This document shows positions 35,688 to 47,351 of a DNA stretch of 64,000 bases, piece after piece. A program made the translations under genes and the position numbers. Under the pieces are notes generated by a model. It saw only the letters and a list, made by a program, of their open reading frames with translations. It did no database searches and was not told where the DNA came from. Origin of the DNA: Albugo candida (lineage: Eukaryota). The stretch lies in NCBI GenBank assembly GCA_040437565.1, contig JBDOQK010000010.1, positions 1-64,000 on the forward strand. Direction: 5' to 3'. The stretch's first letter is position 1; every line of letters begins with the position of its first letter.

Positions 35688-38496
35688 GGCACTTCAGATC
35701 TGTTGGGACAGAATAATTAAGTAATGAGACTAATGTGTGCGAGCACGGAACGTGGAATAAGGATAAGTGCAGAAAAAGGCGGAGTGTCGAGTCTCTCGCA
35801 AAGACAATCGATGTGGTAGACCGGGATGGATTGTAGTAAAAGTAGCCAATGCTCGTGAATCCTTCTTTTTTTGTCATTTTTCGAACATGTACAGTAGCAC
35901 AGATACTTGCTTTAAAACGTGGAACCACACCACGTGGGGACAACAAGTAGGCGGAACTATCTTTTTGTATATGCTTGCATAAAGTGATTTATGCGAATTA
36001 TAAATGATGCCACAATTTTTCCTTCAAACTTTCACCTGTAGAGACTATCCAAGTAGATAAGATTTATTGATTGCACGCACACATAAAAGCGAGCATTCTT
36101 GTGTTCTAAGGAGGGGTAAGAGAGAAGCTGGAAGGAAAGGTGATTATAGATGTTTCCATTCAAGCAAGCAGCTAAGCGTTGACCCGTTGACCATCAACAG
36201 GATTGCTCACTGTTGTTGTGATGCGACGTGTCACTGCAGGAAGATTTGATGCACATAAATGGTACACCACGTCTCGTTTGAATTTGCATGCGATTGACCG
36301 GAAGTATCTTCCCGCGCTATTTCTTGCCTTTCGCTGTGTCTGCGCATGATTCCTAACTCGGACCTTTCAAATGTGGTCTTTTGAAGCCGCTTCCAGTACA
36401 CCGTTACCGTGTGTATTGCTCCATAATATTCAACAGCGCGCGTTGATCTGGCTTCAGCTCAACTTACTGCTACAGTCGCCTTATTTGAACCACTTAAGCG
36501 CATAGTGATTTCTCACTGATTTCTCACGGCCGAATGTGAGACGAGGATATGCGTTGTACACGAGTCATGTTCTCCAAGCTTGGAGTACCTCTAGTCAGGT
36601 GGTTGAGCAGAGAATATCCAGACCGAGCACGTAGCTTCAAATTGTATCGTTTGCTTGCCCATGCTTTTCTTTGTCAAATTATCCAGATTCAAATTATATA
36701 TTCCAAGGTGATGTTGACCATATCCAGATACATCTACTTCCCTTCCTTGACTACATGTCGGCCAATTACCACAAGATCATACTGAGGTACTAGGAAGGTG
36801 CACTGATAGTAGAATGGTGTTGTTACGATTCAAGATCGAAAGAATGTGTACCTAGCATGATCCAATCCAAGTGAGTCTGATTCAGGCATGATAGATGAGC
36901 TAATATGATGGGTACATTGATTTCGAGATATAGCGAGAAAGGTACGTCATTGTCTCAAAATGGATATTTAGCAACGGAACATGACACAGCCCTATAAGAG
37001 CCACAGTAAAGCACAATGACCGTCTTTTCGTAGTTTCCACATATATGATACAAAAAAGTTCTCGCACCGTAAATACGCTAGCTCTGGCATCCGATGCGTG
37101 AACTAGAGATATGATACATTCGTCCGACGTTTTACATGTCCAGACAACTTCCTTAGGTTTTATGATGTTCAAGCGCTATTCCCCTGAAGTGACCGGATGT
37201 GGTTCCGTAGCATCTTTGCTTAACGCATTCTTCAGTCATTATGTGGCCTTTTCATAAAGTATCGTGTCGGCTTTNNNNNNNNNNNNNNNNNNNNNNNNNN
37301 NNNNNNNNNNNNNNNNNNNNNNNNNNNNNNNNNNNNNNNNNNNNNNNNNNNNNNNNNNNNNNNNNNNNNNNNNNTGATTTCTCACGGCCGAATGTGAGAC
37401 GAGGATATGCGTTGTACACGAGTCATGTTCTCCAAGCTTGGAGTACCTCTAGTCAGGTGGTTGAGCAGAGAATATCCAGACCGAGCACGTAGCTTCAAAT
37501 TGTATCGTTTGCTTGCCCATGCTTTTCTTTGTCAAATTATCCAGATTCAAATTATATATTCCAAGGTGATGTTGACCATATCCAGATACATCTACTTCCC
37601 TTCCTTGACTACATGTCGGCCAATTACCACAAGATCATACTGAGGTACTAGGAAGGTGCACTGATAGTAGAATGGTGTTGTTACGATTCAAGATCGAAAG
37701 AATGTGTACCTAGCATGATCCAATCCAAGTGAGTCTGATTCAGGCATGATAGATGAGCTAATATGATGGGTACATTGATTTCGAGATATAGCGAGAAAGG
37801 TACGTCATTGTCTCAAAATGGATATTTAGCAACGGAACATGACACAGCCCTATAAGAGCCACAGTAAAGCACAATGACCGTCTTTTCGTAGTTTCCACAT
37901 ATATGATACAAAAAAGTTCTCGCACCGTAAATACGCTAGCTCTGGCATCCGATGCGTGAACTAGAGATATGATACATTCGTCCGACGTTTTACATGTCCA
38001 GACAACTTCCTTAGGTTTTATGATGTTCAAGCGCTATTCCCCTGAAGTGACCGGATGTGGTTCCGTAGCATCTTTGCTTAACGCATTCTTCAGTCATTAT
38101 GTGGCCTTTTCATAAAGTATCGTGTCGGCTTTTAGTCAAACGACTTCACAACCTTGGATGATCAATGTAGGAAGAGAATTACTACATTTATCTTAAACGA
38201 GTGCAAATGATGTCTATGAGTATGCTTCGAGCTACTGGATGATGAATTTTGCTTTCCTTAGCGTCTTTCGAGGCCGAACACTTGCTATTGTTGGGACTGA
38301 TTTACCATCGCGTTGCAACATGCGTGAGCACAGCGCAATTCTACATGAAGGAGTTGGACAGCGTCGCTAATAGTAATATTTGGATAATACATCTGGATAT
38401 TCGGAACCAATTGTATTCAAGTACGTTCGATTATCGTCCAACCGTTCTTCCTCTTCATTCGTCGCCAATCAGTAGCGCCAAAGCCAAAGTATCGCA

Positions 38497-40482
38497 ATGC
38501 CGACGAAACGTGTGAAAGGGAAGAAAAAGCTCAAATCAATCAAAGCCAAAGTCACAGATGTGATGGGAAGCAAGCGTCGACTATCACGTTTTGGAAAAGA
38601 GCAGAAGAAAGGAATGCGAGGAGCAACTGCCAATTATCTCTCACGCAGTCAAACATTAAAAAAGCTGCAGATTTCTTTGAAAGATTTCCGTCGTCTGTGT
38701 ATATTGAAAGGAATCTATCCACGTGAACCAAGTAAGAAAAAGAAGCAGCAACAGGGAGCTGATAAGACGTATTATCACATCAAAGACATTATGTACTTGG
38801 CTCATGAACCGCTTTTGGAGCATTTTCGATCGTTCAAAACGTTCTTGAAGAAAGTCATCAGTTCAATTGGAAGAAAAAATTACGACGACGCTCGTCGACG
38901 ACATGAACATCGTCCGAGTTATACATTGGATCACCTTGTGAAAGAACGCTATCCTCGATTTACCGATGCATTGGCGGACTTGGATGATGCACTTTGTCTG
39001 ATTCATTTATTTGCATCAATGCCAAGTGGGAAGGTTATTTCATCCGAGGAGACAGAAAAGTGCGTTCGCCTTGTGCGAGAATGGCAAGAATACAACGTTA
39101 TAACGAACTCTTTGGACAAAGTGTTTGTAAGTATCAAAGGGATTTATTATCAATCGACAGTCAAAGGAGAAAAAATCACGTGGTTGGTACCGCATGCATT
39201 TACACCAACCGTGAGCAAGCGAGTGGATTTGCACGTCATGGTCACATTTCTAGAATTCTACCAGGTTTTACTCAAATTTGTGAATTATCAGCTCTACTCC
39301 GAGTTGGGCTTGCAATATCCGCCGAAAATCAATGCAAAATTCGATCAAGCTGGTTTACATTTGAGTGCTTTGGAAGTTATAAATGCAAAGAATCCTGACA
39401 GCAAGGAGTGTGAAATGACAGACGGTGAAGAGACGGTGGAAGAGTCCCAAGGAACTGCTGAGGTAGCTGAAGATTCGCAAGTCGTTATGCAACAGAAAGA
39501 GTCAGAGAGTCGAGTTGACAGTTTGGATACAACTTTGAAGAACGCAAAAGCAGACGAGTCAATCGACCATTCTGATGAAGAGAATGACACCGATATTATC
39601 AAGCATAAAGCGTTGACGGAACCCTTAGAAGCCGCATTTGCTTCCAACGAACTCGCTGTCCAACTTTTCGAGAATGCAAAGAAGGAGACTTGTTTCAAAA
39701 AACTGTTTGAAAATTTCGTTTTTTTTCTATCTCGGGAAGTGCCTAGGGTTGTACTGGAATTCGTGCTCCGCTCATATGGTGCACGTATTGGCTGGGAAGG
39801 TCCTGGCTCGCCCTTTGATGAAACCTCCGAATACATCACCCATCACATCGTGGATCGACCGCATCAGGGGCACCGATATTTCAATCGAGAGTATATCCAG
39901 CCTCAATGGGTGTTTGACACTGTAAACAACAAGGCTCTACTTCCAATTGCACCGTATGCGCCAGGAATGGATCTTCCTCCTCATCTTTCTCCATTCGTGG
40001 ACGATGAAAAGGAAGGCTACGTTCCAGAGTACCGAAAACAAGTACGATCAGCAGCTCAAGTACTCCGAAGTGAAATGGCTCGAAAAGATGAAAATGGTCA
40101 TGAACAAGATGACGACGAAAGCGAGGATGAAGAGGAAGCTTACCTTGCAGGAATCAGAGCAGAGTTGCAAGAGTCCAGAAAGGAAAACGATGACGATTCT
40201 CAAGCGATCGTTTCTACCGAAGAAGACGCTTCAAACAGCTCTATGCAAGAGCCTGTTGCGAAGCAGGATCCAACGTCACGAGTTGGGCGATCCAAGAAGA
40301 AAAAGCTAGAGAAATTGCAACAGGAGGCCAAAGAATCACACGATATGGCTAAAAACATGATGTCGAAGAAGGCCAAGCGATTATATGATCGAATGCAATA
40401 CGGTCTCGGCAAGAAAAGCGAAAAAATTCAGCTGCTGGAAGCTAAGCGAGCTCGATTACAGCAGCAAAATGGCTCCAATTGA
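38497..40482 (+). CDS. PES1: Pescadillo/NOP7
   Basis: LQISLKDFRRLCILKGIYPREP, LDHLVKERYP, BRCT domain (FFLSREVP...YIQPQWVFD), LPPHLSPFVD. Confidence 0.97.
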   Translation: MPTKRVKGKKKLKSIKAKVTDVMGSKRRLSRFGKEQKKGMRGATANYLSRSQTLKKLQISLKDFRRLCILKGIYPREPSKKKKQQQGADKTYYHIKDIMYLAHEPLLEHFRSFKTFLKKVISSIGRKNYDDARRRHEHRPSYTLDHLVKERYPRFTDALADLDDALCLIHLFASMPSGKVISSEETEKCVRLVREWQEYNVITNSLDKVFVSIKGIYYQSTVKGEKITWLVPHAFTPTVSKRVDLHVMVTFLEFYQVLLKFVNYQLYSELGLQYPPKINAKFDQAGLHLSALEVINAKNPDSKECEMTDGEETVEESQGTAEVAEDSQVVMQQKESESRVDSLDTTLKNAKADESIDHSDEENDTDIIKHKALTEPLEAAFASNELAVQLFENAKKETCFKKLFENFVFFLSREVPRVVLEFVLRSYGARIGWEGPGSPFDETSEYITHHIVDRPHQGHRYFNREYIQPQWVFDTVNNKALLPIAPYAPGMDLPPHLSPFVDDEKEGYVPEYRKQVRSAAQVLRSEMARKDENGHEQDDDESEDEEEAYLAGIRAELQESRKENDDDSQAIVSTEEDASNSSMQEPVAKQDPTSRVGRSKKKKLEKLQQEAKESHDMAKNMMSKKAKRLYDRMQYGLGKKSEKIQLLEAKRARLQQQNGSN

Positions 40483-42033
40483 GTTCACGAAACGTGTCCT
40501 AGACTAGAAAGTTCTTTTTAAATTGATGCTTTAATTGCCTTATTTCGACAAGATCTTGCGTATTAGGAGCTGCTGTATCGGTTCAAGGTCATAATAGAGC
40601 ATTACAATTCGAAGTTGCCGCCACCCACGTTTCTTACGTCAACTATTACTAAAGGCTCAAAGACCATATCGGCGCTGTGATCAATATTGCAATTGAAGCA
40701 TTCTCGTAGTGCAATTTGTAAATTAACGAATTTTCAAAATGGCAACTCCATCGGTTGGCTGGTGTTTAGATGCTCAATTCCATGCAACCAAACGTGGAAG
40801 AGTTATCCAAACTGTGCGCGAACGTTACCTACGAGATGATATTCCCTGCTGCATCTCATCATGCATCCCTTGTTCATCCATCGACTCGAGGAATCGGCGG
40901 NNNNNNNNNNNNNNNNNNNNNNNNNNNNNNNNNNNNNNNNNNNNNNNNNNNNNNNNNNNNNNNNNNNNNNNNNNNNNNNNNNNNNNNNNNNNNNNNNNNN
41001 TTTGAAAATTTCGTTTTTTTTCTATCTCGGGAAGTGCCTAGGGTTGTACTGGAATTCGTGCTCCGCTCATATGGTGCACGTATTGGCTGGGAAGGTCCTG
41101 GCTCGCCCTTTGATGAAACCTCCGAATACATCACCCATCACATCGTGGATCGACCGCATCAGGGGCACCGATATTTCAATCGAGAGTATATCCAGCCTCA
41201 ATGGGTGTTTGACACTGTAAACAACAAGGCTCTACTTCCAATTGCACCGTATGCGCCAGGAATGGATCTTCCTCCTCATCTTTCTCCATTCGTGGACGAT
41301 GAAAAGGAAGGCTACGTTCCAGAGTACCGAAAACAAGTACGATCAGCAGCTCAAGTACTCCGAAGTGAAATGGCTCGAAAAGATGAAAATGGTCATGAAC
41401 AAGATGACGACGAAAGCGAGGATGAAGAGGAAGCTTACCTTGCAGGAATCAGAGCAGAGTTGCAAGAGTCCAGAAAGGAAAACGATGACGATTCTCAAGC
41501 GATCGTTTCTACCGAAGAAGACGCTTCAAACAGCTCTATGCAAGAGCCTGTTGCGAAGCAGGATCCAACGTCACGAGTTGGGCGATCCAAGAAGAAAAAG
41601 CTAGAGAAATTGCAACAGGAGGCCAAAGAATCACACGATATGGCTAAAAACATGATGTCGAAGAAGGCCAAGCGATTATATGATCGAATGCAATACGGTC
41701 TCGGCAAGAAAAGCGAAAAAATTCAGCTGCTGGAAGCTAAGCGAGCTCGATTACAGCAGCAAAATGGCTCCAATTGAGTTCACGAAACGTGTCCTAGACT
41801 AGAAAGTTCTTTTTAAATTGATGCTTTAATTGCCTTATTTCGACAAGATCTTGCGTATTAGGAGCTGCTGTATCGGTTCAAGGTCATAATAGAGCATTAC
41901 AATTCGAAGTTGCCGCCACCCACGTTTCTTACGTCAACTATTACTAAAGGCTCAAAGACCATATCGGCGCTGTGATCAATATTGCAATTGAAGCATTCTC
42001 GTAGTGCAATTTGTAAATTAACGAATTTTCAAA

Positions 42034-45000
42034 ATGGCAACTCCATCGGTTGGCTGGTGTTTAGATGCTCAATTCCATGCAACCAAACGTGGAAGAGTTA
42101 TCCAAACTGTGCGCGAACGTTACCTACGAGATGATATTCCCTGCTGCATCTCATCATGCATCCCTTGTTCATCCATCGACTCGAGGAATCGGCGGCTAGC
42201 GTTATCCTCTCACCCTCATAATAATGAGTACCTAATGCCTTCCATTCGCGTCATTTTATCTCAAATGGATTTGATCGAGCACTCAACGAAAAAGAACCTT
42301 GGATTTGAATGCTTTAAAGATCTCATCATTTTGGAAAGCGTATGGCAAGCCGTAAAAAAAGCTGATATTGGGCTCTGGCATCGTCTGCGTGCGCTGACAA
42401 CCAACCAAGATCGTCATTTTATATACTTTGCCAATGAATACCATCATGAATGCTTCATGCCTACCAATGTGGAGCCAGGTCAGGACACAAAAGAGGCCGA
42501 ATTGAATCGACAGAACAAAGCTGTCGTGAAGGCTTGTCAGTGGTATAATCAGCACCTGGAGATTATAGAAAGTAAGCAAGTAAACCCAAAAATCGTGATA
42601 TTAGTACAAGATCAGCAAGAGATGGAGCTGATGAAGGCATTAGGAGCTCCACACGTTACCATGATTGAATCGGCCATTGCTCGAGTCAAAAATTCGTGTC
42701 CGGAATTGTTGGACTTGGTATCCAATGCAGTATTGCCACTTCATGAGCTAGGAGTTGATACGAAACGAAACAAGACTCTATATTCGCAACATGTAAACAT
42801 GTCAGACATGCTGACAGGTATAAAGAATCGTCGATATTTTCAGGGTATTCTTCGATTACAAGATAATCAAAGAGAAGCTAATGTGATCATCTCATTGCCG
42901 GCAAAGGTGAATGGAGAGCAAGGAAAAGGTACTCGTATACCTATATTTATCGATGGAAAGAAGAATATGAATCGAGCGATCGACGGAGACACAGTTGCGA
43001 TTGAGTTACTTCCCAGAAAAGAGTGGACGAAAGCTTCCGACAAATTCATACCCGAGGAAATGCCTTCTGTTAATTCAGAACAGAAAAGTGAACCAGACGG
43101 TTTAGAGAACGATAGTGACGAGGAAGGCTGTGAAGCTGCTGTTGAGGAACCCACACTACCGATGGAACAAGCTGATGTGGTCGAGCTATCTCAAAAATTC
43201 GACCTGTCCTCTATGAAGCCCTGTGGACGAGTGATTGGTATTGTTAAACGAGATTCACGAAACTTTTGCGGGTCTTTAGAACCCAATCAGTCGGCGACTC
43301 GCTCCACTTCGTTTCTCTTCATTCCAATGGATCGTAAAATCCCCAAAATCCGCATCAAAACTTGTCAAGCTCAAACTCTGATGGATCAAAGATTGCTTGT
43401 TTCTATGGACAGCTGGCCAGCCGATAGTAAATATCCTTTGGGACATTATGTCAAGACATTGGGAAAAATCAATGACAAGGAGACAGAGACAAAAGTGCTT
43501 TTGCTAACGCACGACATTGCCTCAGATGAATTCAGCGAGGAAGTCATGAGATGCTTACCTCCAGAGAATTGGAAGATCACAAACGAAAACTCAAAAGGCC
43601 GGGTAGATTTACGTCACCTTCCAATTATGAGCATTGATCCCCCCAACTGCAAAGACATTGATGATGCATTGCACGCATGTCGACTAGACAATGGTAATTA
43701 TCAAGTGGGGGTTCATATCGCCGATGTGACCCATTTCATACCAAGTGGAAACGCACTGGATAATGAAGCTGTCTCGCGCGGAACATCCACGTACCTCGTT
43801 GACCGACGATTGGATATGCTTCCGAGTCTGTTAACCATCAAGCTTTGTTCTTTGACGAGCATAGAAGATCATTTCGCATTCAGTGTTTTGTGGGAATTAC
43901 GATTGACAGAATTCGATGTGGAGATTGTAAATGTTGAATTTTGCAAAAGCATTATTCGCTCGTGTGCATCCTTATCGTATCAGGAAGCACAGATTTTTCT
44001 CGATGATCCCAGTATTGATGATCTTTCAAGCGCCGGGACTCGAGCTTTGGACTTGCAGAAAAGTTATGCGGAAGGAGATACCTCCTCGAAATCAGCTGTG
44101 ATCGGGGGCGGTATCAAAACGCTTCATGTGATTGCGAAACATCTCAAGAAAAAACGTATGGAAGCGGGGGCACTGACATTAGCGTCTCCGGAAGTACGAT
44201 TTGTACTCGATGCCGAAACACAGAACCCACTGGATGTACAAATGTACGCATTGCGCGACACAAATGCGCTGGTAGAAGAGTTTATGTTGCTGGCTAACAT
44301 CACAGTAGCGAAGAAAATTGTTCGCCATTTTCCGTCTTTTTCATTGCTTCGACGGCATCCAGCACCCTCAACCCGCCAATTTGACGTCTTATGTAGCCAG
44401 GCTAAAGCTATCGGTATCGAATTACATGTGAATAGCTCAAAGCAACTTCAGCAATCATTGGATCTGAGCGCAAAGCGCGCCGCCTCAACGAACAAGCAGA
44501 AGAATCACTTGGACAAGCTCTTACGTATTATGTGTACGCGATGTATGATGCCAGCACGTTACTTCTCTTCAGGCGAAATGACTCCGGCTGAATTTCACCA
44601 TTACGGTCTTGCTGCGCCCATTTACACCCATTTCACGTCACCAATTCGCCGCTATGCCGATGTTGTTGTCCATCGATTATTAGCAGCAGCCATCGGAATT
44701 GCTCCTGTGCCAGCAGACTTGGAGGATAAATCAAAGCTACAAGACCTTGCCGAACATCTGAATCGAAAACATCACGCGGCACAGATGGCTGGACGGGCTT
44801 CTGTCACATTACATACAATTCTTTATTTTGCTCAGAATCCAACCGTAACTGGAGGAGTTATCACCAGGGTTAAGAAGAACGGTATCGGTGTGCTACTACC
44901 GCAATTTGGTATCGAAGGAACGATACTTTTTAAGGAAGACACAAAGTCCGAAATGGAATCAGTCTCACAGACGGTTGTAAAGTTTGACGCCGATAGACAC

Positions 45001-45228
45001 ACGTTGTGGATCAACGAGATGCAGGAAAGCTCAGATCAATCAATTGAGCGTTCACTGCAAGTGTTCGACACCGTCGATATCAATGTGTTTGTGTCGACTT
45101 ACAACACTCGTCAGAGACTTAAGATGAGCATCCTGCCAATGAACAGTTTGAATGCAAAAAGAAGCAGCCTTCCGGTAAGTGACAAAGAGCAGAGGCCGAT
45201 GCAGCGACGAAAGATCACTTCTCAGTGA
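42034..45228 (+). CDS. DIS3: Exosome catalytic subunit DIS3/RRP44
   Basis: VRERYLRDDIPC (CR3/PIN), NRAIDGD, SIDPPNCKDIDDALH, VEEFMLLAN, YTHFTSPIRRYAD. Confidence 0.97.
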   Translation: MATPSVGWCLDAQFHATKRGRVIQTVRERYLRDDIPCCISSCIPCSSIDSRNRRLALSSHPHNNEYLMPSIRVILSQMDLIEHSTKKNLGFECFKDLIILESVWQAVKKADIGLWHRLRALTTNQDRHFIYFANEYHHECFMPTNVEPGQDTKEAELNRQNKAVVKACQWYNQHLEIIESKQVNPKIVILVQDQQEMELMKALGAPHVTMIESAIARVKNSCPELLDLVSNAVLPLHELGVDTKRNKTLYSQHVNMSDMLTGIKNRRYFQGILRLQDNQREANVIISLPAKVNGEQGKGTRIPIFIDGKKNMNRAIDGDTVAIELLPRKEWTKASDKFIPEEMPSVNSEQKSEPDGLENDSDEEGCEAAVEEPTLPMEQADVVELSQKFDLSSMKPCGRVIGIVKRDSRNFCGSLEPNQSATRSTSFLFIPMDRKIPKIRIKTCQAQTLMDQRLLVSMDSWPADSKYPLGHYVKTLGKINDKETETKVLLLTHDIASDEFSEEVMRCLPPENWKITNENSKGRVDLRHLPIMSIDPPNCKDIDDALHACRLDNGNYQVGVHIADVTHFIPSGNALDNEAVSRGTSTYLVDRRLDMLPSLLTIKLCSLTSIEDHFAFSVLWELRLTEFDVEIVNVEFCKSIIRSCASLSYQEAQIFLDDPSIDDLSSAGTRALDLQKSYAEGDTSSKSAVIGGGIKTLHVIAKHLKKKRMEAGALTLASPEVRFVLDAETQNPLDVQMYALRDTNALVEEFMLLANITVAKKIVRHFPSFSLLRRHPAPSTRQFDVLCSQAKAIGIELHVNSSKQLQQSLDLSAKRAASTNKQKNHLDKLLRIMCTRCMMPARYFSSGEMTPAEFHHYGLAAPIYTHFTSPIRRYADVVVHRLLAAAIGIAPVPADLEDKSKLQDLAEHLNRKHHAAQMAGRASVTLHTILYFAQNPTVTGGVITRVKKNGIGVLLPQFGIEGTILFKEDTKSEMESVSQTVVKFDADRHTLWINEMQESSDQSIERSLQVFDTVDINVFVSTYNTRQRLKMSILPMNSLNAKRSSLPVSDKEQRPMQRRKITSQ

Positions 45229-45443
45229 GTGTGCATTATGGTAGTTGGTTCCTGACAGCTCTGAAAAGCAGCGTATGGTGAAGGATGGATCCATGCGATC
45301 GGATAGATACTGATTGCACATGTGCTCTCATTGTCACTTGAGCGAACATTTGTTCCTTACCGGTAAGAAACTGGCGGGGAATCACGATTTATTCCTGAAC
45401 AAGATTGAGACACTTAACTTTGTTTATACTGGATTCATATTGG

Positions 45444-45636
45444 ATTTCATTACACTGCTTATCTGTTTTTTCCTTATCCCATCATGAGCCTCTGACCGTG
45501 TGAATATCGTTAAAGTCTGGCTTCAAACCTTGAGGCAAATATTTCCAAGCCTTTTGCTTGGGTGTGCTCAAGCCGCTGCCCACCTTGCCGATGATCGAAC
45601 CAAGAATGAAGCTTTAAAGCATCTGAGCCATCGCAT
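45444..45636 (-). mobile_element. tRNA-derived SINE copy (diverged)
   Basis: A-box-like TGGCTCAGATG and B-box-like GGTTCGATC; body aligns with 48531-48720. Confidence 0.7.
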
Positions 45637-47351
45637 CAAATTGCGATTCCGATTGGTTAATGAATGCAGCGTTTTCGAATAGAGACTTTCTTTGGCTTGA
45701 CTCGATCTTCCTATACGTACTGCTCTTTGAGAGTTGCTTTGCCGCGTAACACCCTCCATCCTGCAACCGGTAAGTTAATTAAACCCGCCCGCAGACACTC
45801 GCACTAATTGAAGTCTGATCTCAAACCGCACCGATATCCATCGTCTTTAGGATTGCACAATTCCGTCTCCTCAAAGTTGAAGAGGCTCCGTAGACCGCAT
45901 TCATCAACAATCGCCTGCCATAGCGTCCGAAGGCTCACCATAGTCGAATTAATAAGCTCCAGGAAAGTTAGCACATGAACTTTCGGAAGAAACTTCCGAA
46001 AACCCGAAGATGACCACTCACCCGTTCCCTTTGATATTTTTCTCCATCAATAGCTGACGGATTTTGTACTTGGCCACAAGGTAAAACACATCTTGCTCGA
46101 TTTATTGCTCGGAAATGCAATTAATGATTTACCCTGGCCAACAAATATAAAGCTGTCATATATGATTAACCGCTTTTCAACATTTTCGCACATCACTTCT
46201 GCAGGCAACTTTTATCGAGACTAATTTTTAGAACACAGAGACAGAATGTCGATACTAATAGCACGTAGTCAGGATACGCTGTTAAGGTGTTGAAATTATG
46301 AGAATTTCGCGCAGTATTCTATCGTTTCGCAAATCTGCCACGCAATCAGTCATCGTCATTTGCATAGCGCCTTAGTAAGTGTAGTTTAGAATTTCTCATC
46401 TACACCTTCCATTTTTCGCGCAAGTATTTCGCCTTCTTCAAAAGTCTGAGAAATGCCGCACTTTTGTAAGTTGTCTTCTGAGCTGTCCAAACTTTCGGAA
46501 TACTAGTAAAAGTCACTGATCTAGCAGGCCTATTCATCTATTCGAATCAATGTGCTATTCGTCAGGATGCCATCACTCATGTCTTTGAACAGCTCGCAAT
46601 AATATATATCCTTATTCGAATCAGCTCTGTAAGACATTACGGAATAGCGTCAGAATCCAAGGCAGGTCCAAGGCAGCCATGATATCGGCAACTTGGTTCA
46701 GACACGCACTAAGGAAATAATGGATGATTGTAATAATGGGCTGAGTTTCAAGACAGCCGCCTTTCATCCGCAACGGTTCAAATTCCTTTGATTATGCAGA
46801 GGCTACCTATTGGGCTCCAATAAGATGAGACTTGTATGAAGCGTTTCGAGCGTGGAGCCTCATTTCGCAGGGGGTGAAAAAAATGTTTGGGTATGCTTGC
46901 ATGGAACACACTTCAACTCGAGAACGGTTCTGCTCTGAAAAGGTTTCTATGTATCTGGTCCTTCTTTGGAGTTATAGTGCTTGTACAAGCAGCTTGTCAA
47001 CTTGAATAGTGGATGCTTTTTATTGCGCTGCCTTTCACACCGAAAGCAGTACTACTCGATTATTTGCAATGAATGACACGATGTAGCTTCTAACCGCATT
47101 CGAAATGACCTCCTTTTCGTGTTTCGGTCTTAAGTAACATCCTCCAGGCGTTCCGAAGATTTTTGGAATCTCAAGATGCTTTTGACCCGCCAAAACCCTG
47201 GTAGTACATTTGCGAAGCTATCAAATCGTCATCATCTTAGCTACTTTGCTGTTCCTCGTCGTCGCTTTCCATCGCTGCTATTGGAATGTGTAATGTGTAT
47301 CTTCATACGTATAGTATACAGCCTTGGTATATATTGATTTATTTTTATTAT

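Noticed and set aside
36518-38132. ~757-bp direct repeat resembling an LTR pair
   Set aside because: The copies abut a gap and look identical, with no PBS/PPT or TSD; assembly overlap.
39706-42195. Second Pescadillo 3' half and an apparent DIS3::Pescadillo fusion ORF (40770-41777)
   Set aside because: 41001-42195 repeats 39706-40900 directly across a 100-N gap with no differences I could see; unmerged contig overlap.
45640-47285. Possible decayed gene on the minus strand
   Set aside because: Stop-riddled, with no motif I can recognise.
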